From Eledone cirrhosa (taxonomy: Eukaryota), in contig OZ024752.1 of assembly GCA_964016885.1 (NCBI GenBank), positions 41,726,001 through 41,790,000 on the forward strand: a DNA stretch of 64,000 nucleotides, in the 5' to 3' direction. This document shows, piece by piece, positions 55,690 to 64,000 of this stretch (position 1 is the stretch's first letter; each line of letters opens with the position of its first letter). The position numbers and the translations under genes were made by a program. Below the pieces are notes generated by a model that searched no databases, was not told where the DNA came from, and worked only from the letters and a program-made list of their open reading frames with translations.

Positions 55690-56240
55690 AGTTTTTGTAC
55701 ACAGATGGATAGGTCTTTGTATTATGGTCTCTTGCCAGTCCTCCATTCTCATCTACATGAGGTTTAGTTTCTTGAGGTCATTTTTCACAACTTCATCCTA
55801 TGTCTTCCTTAGTCTCTCTCTCTCTCTCTCTCTTCTACAGATCCCATCCACTTCAAGCACTTAGCCACTTGTTTTACCACTTGTATTTTCCATACACATC
55901 ACATGACCATACCAGCACCAAGTGTAGGGAATTATTCTTAGCTAAGATATATATCTCCCAGGCATAAAACCAAACTGTATCTCATCAAAATTAATCCTAC
56001 CTCCCAATCAACTTTTCTATCACTGTCTGTAATGTGCATTAAATGATCTAACAATTTCATGCCTCTGAAATCACCTTTTCTAATGTACTTCCTTTGTACT
56101 TCCTTTACACATGTACCAGTTGGCAATAATGCTACTACACTAGTCATTGTATATGATCCCTCCCAGCACTATCTGTGTTCTGCTCCACCAGATAATTTAA
56201 CCATCAGTGACTATCTACAAAAGGCCAGCTTCTTTCCCTA
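55690..56240 (-). mobile_element. Old, fragmented RTE-clade LINE
   Basis: Broken frames give KGDFRGMKLLDH...RINFDEIQFGFMPGR (RT N-terminal motifs) plus a degenerate C-terminal part. Confidence 0.7.
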
Positions 56241-56265
56241 CATTCATTTCTTTAACCCTTTAGCA

Positions 56266-56845
56266 TTTACATTACTCTATATATACTATTGTATTTTCAC
56301 AGTAAAGGCTTTACCTCACATAATATCTCACATAACATTTACATTACTCTATATATACTATTGTATTTTCACAGTAAAGGCTTTACCTCACATAATATCT
56401 CACATAACATTTACATTACTCTATATATACTATTGTATTTTCACAGTAAAGGCTTTATCTCACATAATATCTCACATAACATTTACATTACTCTATATAT
56501 ACTATTGTATTTTCACAGTAAAGGCTTTACCTCACATAACATCTCACATAACATTTACATTACTCTATATATACTATTGTATTTTCACAGTAAAGGCTTT
56601 ACCTCACATAATATCTCACATAACATTTACATTACTCTATATATACTATTGTATTTTCACAGTAAAGGCTTTACCTCACATAACATCTCACATAACATTT
56701 ACATTACTCTATATATACTATTGTATTTTCACAGTAAAGGCTTTACCTCACATAACATCTCACATAACATTTACATTACTCTATATATACTATTGTATTT
56801 TCACAGTAAAGGCTTTACCTCACATAATATCTCACATAACATCTC
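56266..56845. repeat. 72-bp satellite array, 8 units (5' of the LINE)
   Basis: Same unit as 47701-49268 with TTTTC in place of TTTCC. Confidence 0.95.
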
Positions 56846-57053
56846 GTATACGAGAGACGTGTGTTGACGTGTGTGAACAAGCTCGGCTACCGAGTCGGAT
56901 TTACTTACTCAAAAAGTGAGTTTTGATTAATTTTTTTATACTGTAATATACGTTAACCCCTTGCCTTGGTCGTCAAACTTTGAGTTTATTTATTTTCGCC
57001 CCTTTTTGGGGCGAATTTTCCAGTTAAAAATTTATTACGGCAAACTAATAGAA

Positions 57054-58796
57054 ATGGACGGAATTTTCACATCTCATCCTAACGTGAAAGCCACGCCCCC
57101 TAAGAAAGGTGATACAGAGAAGCTAGAAGCACAAGGCTCTAAGTCTTCCCTCCTGACTTCTGCAAAAGAAACATGGAACACGGAATTAAAAGAAAAATTT
57201 GTAAAAATGGGTGAAAACCCAGAAAGTCACATAAACGCAGACAAAAACAACAACGACAATAACAGCAATAGTCACAACACCAACCAAGGAAAAAATAACG
57301 ATAATACCAAACAAAGCGAACCCACTACTGGTACCTCCTTTGCACAGGCGGTCCGGAAAACACAAACCTGCAAGCAACTGGACATTACAACTCTGAGAGA
57401 AAAGATGAAGGAAGCGAAACAGTATGTAACTTTCAAAGAAGGAGGAGACTTCACAATCACCTCCCCACAAGAAATCAAAAGAGACACGACGCTAAGAACG
57501 ATATCTTTCAGAACAATTTCCAACATAACAAGGAAACCAACTCAATTATCCCAAAAAGAGATTGAGCTGGTCCTAAAAAATGTGTGGAGTGATATATCGT
57601 TCATACAAAAAGGGCCACTCTATGGGAATATAACGGTCCTAATGAAGGATCAATTGACGGCCAGGAAATACTCTGTGGCACCAATTGTTTCCAAGATATA
57701 TACATTTTTCCCCACATATTTAGGGAAAAGAACGCAGAAGATAAGGGTCTCCGGAATCCGGCCAAATGCATGCATTTCCTGGGTACTAACAGGATTTTTA
57801 GAAGACGAGGACGGAATCCTCTCAGTAGGAGAAGTCACCACAGACGTTTTCGGCGGTTTGAGCGTGGAGGTTCTGGTCCAAATGAGACCAGAACGAATCG
57901 CTAGAATACCACAGAGGGTGTCCCTCGATGGAGAAACATTTATATATATTTCAGCCGAGGGTAGGAGGCCCATATGTTACTACTGTTCAAGCAGGGGTCA
58001 TCTAAGGGCTGCTTGTCCTCAATTGACAAAAAAAAAGGCTCTTTTGCCTACACCCCACACACCACCACCGCCACCACCACCACCACCACCACCTCCACCA
58101 CCACCACCACAACAACAACAAAAACAACAGGGAAAAATAACACAAGACACGGCCCCACCCAAAACAACTCCCAAAACACACACAAATACAACAAAACCCC
58201 AAAATACACCACTACCCGACAGCACGGACGAGGACCCAGCGGAAACGGCACCTAGTGACGAAGAGGGGGAACCCTTCCAACCTGTAAAAAGGAAAAAAAG
58301 AAAGCACCACTCGAACATAAACGAAACAAACACACAACCACCAACAAAAACAAAACAAACAGAACAAACAAAATCCGCCCCACCCCAAAACATAACACAT
58401 ACAACAAAACGTAAGCACACACAAGAACAACAAACAAACACAACACAAATAAAACAGTATACATACATTAACACAAATAACAAAGAACTAGTAAAAACAA
58501 TACACAAAGACCCTTTGGTGGAAACTGAAGGGCAATTCTTTGCAAGCGCGGCCAACAAACCGCATTTAAAAATGATAAGACTCCCAATGGACACCTATGC
58601 AAAACTAAGAGAGAACTTTCCTGAGGACGTGGGGAAAACATGTACTCGACCCTATAACCGCGTCCTCTTGAAACGTTTCCCCACCCACACCTCACCAAAC
58701 ACCCCCACTCCACCACAGAACAACACCCCACCAAACAACCCCTCCAATACGCCCATGGATATTGTGCAACCTGCTCCTCAGGAGCCGAACAGGTAG
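57054..58796 (+). CDS. Tx1 ORF1, gag-like nucleic-acid-binding protein (about 580 aa from the first ATG)
   Basis: Zinc knuckle CYYCSSRGHLRAAC (C-x2-C-x4-H-x4-C), SFAQAV motif, poly-Pro linker, basic KRKKRK patch. Frame is open from 56961. Confidence 0.88.
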   Translation: MDGIFTSHPNVKATPPKKGDTEKLEAQGSKSSLLTSAKETWNTELKEKFVKMGENPESHINADKNNNDNNSNSHNTNQGKNNDNTKQSEPTTGTSFAQAVRKTQTCKQLDITTLREKMKEAKQYVTFKEGGDFTITSPQEIKRDTTLRTISFRTISNITRKPTQLSQKEIELVLKNVWSDISFIQKGPLYGNITVLMKDQLTARKYSVAPIVSKIYTFFPTYLGKRTQKIRVSGIRPNACISWVLTGFLEDEDGILSVGEVTTDVFGGLSVEVLVQMRPERIARIPQRVSLDGETFIYISAEGRRPICYYCSSRGHLRAACPQLTKKKALLPTPHTPPPPPPPPPPPPPPPPQQQQKQQGKITQDTAPPKTTPKTHTNTTKPQNTPLPDSTDEDPAETAPSDEEGEPFQPVKRKKRKHHSNINETNTQPPTKTKQTEQTKSAPPQNITHTTKRKHTQEQQTNTTQIKQYTYINTNNKELVKTIHKDPLVETEGQFFASAANKPHLKMIRLPMDTYAKLRENFPEDVGKTCTRPYNRVLLKRFPTHTSPNTPTPPQNNTPPNNPSNTPMDIVQPAPQEPNR

Positions 58797-58817
58797 GTCC
58801 TTCCTCTTTTAACCAAC

Positions 58818-61800
58818 ATGGCTGATATAAGAGTTGGGTGTCTGAATGTACGTGGCCTGGGACTGTCTTGGAAACAAGGCAAACTTTTAAACGATCTCAG
58901 GTCGCATAGAATGGATGTAATGGCTATTTGCGAGTCCAGGATCAGCAGCGAGCACCAACTGGCGCCCCTCTTCGACGACTTTGAGATCTTCGCATCTCTC
59001 TGTCAACTGGGGGGTGGGGGTGGAGTTGTCGTTCTGCTGCGAAAACACCTGGGCCTCGCCATACAGAAGGTGCACCTGGACCCGGAGGGTCGACTGGTGG
59101 TTTTAGACGTCGGCAGTAGTGAAAGTGGAGCCCTTAGACTAATAGCTGTGTACGCCCCTTTTTGGGCAGCGCGGCCGGAATACTTCCAACGTCTGGAAAC
59201 TTTTCTGGGAACGTCCCGCTCCTTGCTTTTAGTGGGGGACTGGAATGGTATCCTGGATGCACGTTGGGACTATGTAGGGGCATGTGCCAATAGAGGGGGG
59301 TGTAAAAGCCTCAAAAGGTTAATCGGCCGATTTGACCTGGCCGATAGATATCGACTAGATTTTCCGACTGTACCACTATGGACGTGGACCAATCGCAGTG
59401 GAACATCTAGGTCGTACCTAGATAGGGTCCTAGTTAGAGAGAACGATAGGGACACATTTAGCTGTCCAAAAATGTTCATGGTTGACTATTCGGATCACAA
59501 GTTAGTGACCTGCATAGCCAACCTTGATAGAACCCATAGACAGGGACCCGGTTACTGGAAGCTGAACTTGTCCTTACCGAGAAGCAAAGCTTACAGTAAA
59601 CGGATTAGCACGTTAGTTAAGCAGAATTTGACAGGGGCAATTGTCAACAACAGGTGGTGGAGCTCTCTTAAGAGAGCAATTAGAATAGAATCGATAGGTT
59701 TTAGTCAGGAATTAGCAAGGGATAGGAACAAGACGGAAAGGGAATTAGTAGATAGAGTAGAAGAGGCGATTAGGAGTGGCAATGTAGCCGGCGTGCTGGC
59801 ATCAAGAATGGCCTTAGACCAGTTCTTTGAGGTGAAGCATGAAGGCTGCGTTGTCAGGAGTAAAATACGTGCTCTGGGTAATGAGGGAGCCAAAGCTGTA
59901 AGCTGGGCCCGAGTGATAGAGGCAAAAAGTGGGAACAAGTCCACGATTCGGTCTTTGAAGGACCAGGATGGGCGTGTGATCCTTGAACCTGGGCAGATGT
60001 GTGCGGCCTTTCAGCGGCACTTTGCACGACTGTTCGAGAGGGGCGGCGCGCCGGGTGAGACTATGGATTTCAATCCATACCTCGACGGTCTGCCGCGCCT
60101 CTCGGACGCGGAGGCGAAGTCCTGCGAAAGGACGATTTCAGCTGCTGAGATAGGGGCGGCGCTGAGCCAATGCGGCAAACGCAAATCCCCGGGTCTCGAT
60201 GGTCTACCATACGAGCTATATGTAGCGATGCCGGACTTGTTCTCCGATATCCTCGAAGCGGTCTACTGCAACTGGCAGCAGAACGGGAGAATTCCCAGTT
60301 CTGTGACCAAGGGCGTAGTTACGCTGGTGAGGAAGGATGAGAACAAGGGGGATGACATAAGTAACTTCAGGCCCATAACTCTGCTAAATACAGAGTTAAA
60401 GATTTTGGCCAAGGTGTTAGCGAAGAGGTTGGCGCTTGTCGTTGGAAACCTGGTGGGAGAAGCGCAGACATGCGCAATCCCGTCCAGGTCCATTCACGAC
60501 AATCTCCACCTTATGCGATACATCATAGAGAGGGTAGGGAATGAACCCGGCTTTGGTGGGGCCCTGATCAACTTGGATCAATCTAAAGCTTTCGATAGGG
60601 TTGACCATCGTTACCTGGATGCGGTGCTCGCGGCGGCAGGCTTCGGACCCGTTTTCAGGGGTTGGATTGCTGCGTTGTACAGCAGCAACGTCTGCTCAAG
60701 GGTCAAGGTGAACGGCCACCTCTCGGAGCCGTTCCAAATCATGCGATCCATCCGACAGGGATGCCCTCTCTCCTCCCTACTGTATGTGCTGGCTCTTGAG
60801 CCACTACTGCGGAAGTTGGAGCGGTTGCAGGGCATCCCTTTGGAACCGGGATTGCAGAAAGCGGCGTCGGCCTACGCCGATGACGTGACAGTAATGGTGT
60901 CGAAAACCTCGCAAATCGGTGAGATCGGCACCTTACTGGAGGAATATGAAAGGTTTACAGGAGCCAAGCTGAACCGGGACAAGTCCGTCGGTTTGCAACT
61001 CGGAACATGGAGAGGCAAACCGATGCCCTCCAACGACGTCGTCGGACGCTGGACGGAGGGCCCGGTGAAGCTGCTTGGGGTCTGGTTCGGACCAGACCTC
61101 CAGGTGGAGAAAAACTGGAACGAGGTAACGGCCAGGGTGTTTGCACTCACCCAGAAGTGGGCCCAGTGCAAACTATCCCTGAAAGGTCGAGCGGAGGTGG
61201 CGAATACTTATATAGCATCCGTCATCTACTACCGCTTGACCGTCGTGCCTTGCCCAGTGAAAAGACTCGCCAAAATGGAGTGCGCGCTGTTCCAATTTCT
61301 TTGGAACAAGCGGACCCCTTTGGTGAGGAGATCCATCTGCTGTCAACACCCTTCGAAAGGAGGGCTGGGGATGCCGTGGCTACAGATGCGTAAACACGCA
61401 TTAAGGCTACGGCACCTCCAGGTATTCCTCACCGGTCAACCGGTGTGGGCCCCGTTTGTGAGGCGAGCCTTTCCCAGACTCGTCTCGCTCACCGAGCTGC
61501 AATCCTGGGTCAAGCAAAGACCGAGAAAAGTGGGCGACTGGCACATTGAATGTGCCCAGGCGCTCACGGCCCTCTGGAAAGCGGACCCGGCAATCAGTGG
61601 AGACTCCACCTCGACATTCTATAGAGGGTTGGTACGCAGCAGGTGCGACGATGCTCTCGGAGAAGCTCTAGGCATGGAGGAAGATGAACTGGCCAGTCTG
61701 TTCGGTAGGACGTTTGGCCCTGGACCGATGGACAACTTCCAAAAGTCCCTGGCTTGGCAGTGCTACCGAGGGGCTCTACCCGTTCGAGACAAGCTCCACA

Positions 61801-62255
61801 GACATGGGAGCCTGGGTAGAGATCCTTTGAATAAGATCTGTCCGAGATGCGTGCATGATGACGAAACCGTTGCGCACGCATTCGTACACTGCCCAGGCAT
61901 TGCTGACCTGTGGGGCTATGTGGAACGACTACTGTCGAGGGTGGGACCAATCCGGTTGACCACCGAGTCCATTGTCACGATCAAACCGCCTCCCCCTTTC
62001 AAAAACGAAGGAGAGGCGGTTTTTCTCTGTGTGGTAGCCATGGCTAAAGAAGTTGTATGGTGGACGAGGCTGAAAGGGCTGAGGTCAGACACCTTTCTCT
62101 CCGGCCAACAACTGGTCCCCTTTTTCAAATACCATTTTAAAAGAAGGATCAGAATGGAGAGAGAGGTGCTCTACCCCAGCAAGTTTTATGAAAGGTGGGT
62201 GAAAGTAGGGAGAATGGCCAGAGTGAATGGGTCTTCTCTCTATATCAGCCTGTAG
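58818..62255 (+). CDS. Tx1 ORF2: APE endonuclease, reverse transcriptase, C-terminal CCHC (1145 aa)
   Basis: APE motifs LNVRGL, VYAP, GDWN, YLDR, SDH; linker GPGYWKLN; RT motifs KSPGLDG, FRPITLLN, LDQSKAFDRV, IRQGCPLS, YADD; CPRC..ET..HAFVHC. Confidence 0.96.
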   Translation: MADIRVGCLNVRGLGLSWKQGKLLNDLRSHRMDVMAICESRISSEHQLAPLFDDFEIFASLCQLGGGGGVVVLLRKHLGLAIQKVHLDPEGRLVVLDVGSSESGALRLIAVYAPFWAARPEYFQRLETFLGTSRSLLLVGDWNGILDARWDYVGACANRGGCKSLKRLIGRFDLADRYRLDFPTVPLWTWTNRSGTSRSYLDRVLVRENDRDTFSCPKMFMVDYSDHKLVTCIANLDRTHRQGPGYWKLNLSLPRSKAYSKRISTLVKQNLTGAIVNNRWWSSLKRAIRIESIGFSQELARDRNKTERELVDRVEEAIRSGNVAGVLASRMALDQFFEVKHEGCVVRSKIRALGNEGAKAVSWARVIEAKSGNKSTIRSLKDQDGRVILEPGQMCAAFQRHFARLFERGGAPGETMDFNPYLDGLPRLSDAEAKSCERTISAAEIGAALSQCGKRKSPGLDGLPYELYVAMPDLFSDILEAVYCNWQQNGRIPSSVTKGVVTLVRKDENKGDDISNFRPITLLNTELKILAKVLAKRLALVVGNLVGEAQTCAIPSRSIHDNLHLMRYIIERVGNEPGFGGALINLDQSKAFDRVDHRYLDAVLAAAGFGPVFRGWIAALYSSNVCSRVKVNGHLSEPFQIMRSIRQGCPLSSLLYVLALEPLLRKLERLQGIPLEPGLQKAASAYADDVTVMVSKTSQIGEIGTLLEEYERFTGAKLNRDKSVGLQLGTWRGKPMPSNDVVGRWTEGPVKLLGVWFGPDLQVEKNWNEVTARVFALTQKWAQCKLSLKGRAEVANTYIASVIYYRLTVVPCPVKRLAKMECALFQFLWNKRTPLVRRSICCQHPSKGGLGMPWLQMRKHALRLRHLQVFLTGQPVWAPFVRRAFPRLVSLTELQSWVKQRPRKVGDWHIECAQALTALWKADPAISGDSTSTFYRGLVRSRCDDALGEALGMEEDELASLFGRTFGPGPMDNFQKSLAWQCYRGALPVRDKLHRHGSLGRDPLNKICPRCVHDDETVAHAFVHCPGIADLWGYVERLLSRVGPIRLTTESIVTIKPPPPFKNEGEAVFLCVVAMAKEVVWWTRLKGLRSDTFLSGQQLVPFFKYHFKRRIRMEREVLYPSKFYERWVKVGRMARVNGSSLYISL

Positions 62256-62492
62256 GTGAAAGAAGAGGAAAAAGCGGAGACGAGGGAAGCACCTACTCTT
62301 TGTGCTCCTGAGGAGAAGGGTTACACATTTTTTCCGGGGTGTGTGCGACCCATGTTAATGCCCCCTCCCTATTGAGGACTTCGTTTGTTGTTGTTATTTC
62401 ATTGTTATATTTTTGTACTCGTTAATTATATGTAAACTTCCCCCCTTGTATCTGTCCCTACCTTTTGTGCCCTAGTGGCAAATAAAGAAACC

Positions 62493-63135
62493 ACTCTATA
62501 TTTACTATTGTATTTTCACAGTAAAGGCTTTAACTTACATAATTATCTCACATAACATTTACATTACTCTATATATACTATTGTATTTTCACAGTAAAGG
62601 CTTTAACTTACATAATTATCTCACATAACATTTACATTACTCTATATTTACTATTGTATTTTCACAGTAAAGGCTTTAACTTACATAATTATCTCACATA
62701 ACATTTACATTACTCTATATTTACTATTGTATTTTCACAGTAAAGGCTTTAACTTACATAATTATCTCACATAACATTTACATTACTCTATATATACTAT
62801 TGTATTTTCACAGTAAAGGCTTTACCTCACAATATCTCACATAACATTTACATTACTCTATATATACTATTGTATTTTCACAGTAAAGGCTTTACCTCAC
62901 ATAACATCTCACATAACATTTACATTACTCTATATATACTATTGTATTTTCACAGTAAAGGCTTTACCTCACATAACATCTCACATAACATTTACATTAC
63001 TCTATATTTACTATTGTATTTTCACAGTAAAGGCTTTAACTTACATAATTATCTCACATAACATTTACATTACTCTATATATACTATTGTATTTCCACAG
63101 TAAAGGCTTTAACTTACATAATTATCTCACATAAT
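62493..63135. repeat. 72/73-bp satellite array, about 9 units (3' of the LINE)
   Basis: Mix of 73-bp (AACTTACATAATTATC) and 72-bp (ACCTCACATAACATC) variants. Confidence 0.95.
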
Positions 63136-63611
63136 ATTGAATCTACAAGATTTTGATGTTATTTGTTTTGAGAACAATACCTTAATGTAGGTACGAATGA
63201 CCAGTTACAGCCAGTTTGAACAGAAAGTGGTGAGAGAGAGTTCTGGACAGATATGGCAAGTTTAAATTTGAAAAGGTTAATCACCTCATCTACCATACTG
63301 CTATCAACTTTGATGGCAGTCCCTCAGTTGGGTTTACTTGGGGTAGACCCATATATATATATATATATATAATTGGTTATGCACGAGTGCATTAATGTTT
63401 TCCAGGACACAGTGTTATGTACCGTGTAGGGGAATGTCAGCTTACAACAAAGTGGTGCTCAACGAAATGCAGAAAATGGGTGTATATTCCAGTTTAGCTA
63501 TATTCCGGGGCGTGTATAAAGAATTAAAAAGATTAGAAAGATGCAGTAAAAGAGATTTACTTGGTTCTTACGTACGTTTTAATTTGCCTAGATCTCGCTA
63601 TATATATATAT

Positions 63612-63847
63612 ATTATCAAAAAAATGAAAAATCAGTGATGCATCTGGACTTAGTTTATTTCGTGTTACAAATGTTTCGCTGGCATGTAGCTCGAGTCATG
63701 GTCCTTTGTGTCTGAAAGAACCCGCAGAAGTAGAATCAGCCAGATCCATACAAGGAACATGACTTGAGCTACATGCTGGCAAAACATTTGTAACACGAAA
63801 TAAACTAAGTCCAGATGCATCACTGATTTTTCGTTTTTTTTGATAAT
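63612..63847. repeat. Long inverted repeat (about 90-bp arms)
   Basis: ATTATCAAAAAAATGAAAAATCAGTGATGCATCTGGACTTAG... pairs with ...CTAAGTCCAGATGCATCACTGATTTTTCGTTTTTTTGATAAT. Confidence 0.85.
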
Positions 63848-64000
63848 TCCTATACTCTACTCTGATGAATATCGAGTGCTAAATTTGGCTTACTGCCTTC
63901 GGAAGCACCATAGCTACCACTATACACAAATATATATATATATATATATATGTGTGAATGAAGTAATTCCATCGGAAAAGTCCAGGAAAAAAGAGTGCTC

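Larger units (their letters stand above)
56846..62490 (+). mobile_element. Full-length Tx1-clade non-LTR retrotransposon
   Basis: About 200-bp 5'UTR, two uninterrupted ORFs 21 bp apart, 235-bp 3'UTR ending AATAAAGAAA, no poly(A). The 5' boundary is uncertain by about 15 bp. Confidence 0.93.
56252..63280 (+). mobile_element. TTAA MITE with internal 72/73-bp array, hosting the Tx1 LINE
   Basis: TTAA-CCCTTTAGCATTTA at 56252; MITE right arm 63135-63276 ending AAAAGG-TTAA (degenerate TIR). Confidence 0.8.

Noticed and set aside
57186-62128. Antisense and alternate-frame ORFs within the Tx1 element
   Set aside because: Short shadows of ORF1/ORF2 with no recognisable motifs.

Overview
Eukaryotic, gene-poor window dominated by microsatellites, minisatellites and transposable elements. 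The SINE and LINE families suggest an octopod cephalopod (inference, not verified). Almost all ORFs in the track are translations of simple repeats. The one long genuine coding region is an apparently intact, full-length Tx1-clade non-LTR retrotransposon (about 56846-62490; ORF1 with a zinc knuckle, ORF2 APE-RT-CCHC). It sits in a 72/73-bp tandem array that is itself an internal expansion of a TTAA-flanked MITE, echoing the Xenopus Tx1L-in-Tx1D composite. Five 5'-truncated relatives of this LINE all abut (TATC)n/(GATA)n microsatellites in the same register, suggesting a GATA-repeat-targeting Tx1 family. Four copies of the MITE show monomer and array states, and three carry retroelement insertions at nearly the same site. 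Also present: two tRNA-derived SINE families; RTE, CR1-group and CRE fragments (one RTE with a twin-priming-type inversion); Penelope-like remnants with minimal hammerhead ribozyme motifs and fold-backs; a Tc/mariner MITE; and one candidate orphan host exon (55430-55585, minus). Coordinates were read by eye and may be off by a few bases.
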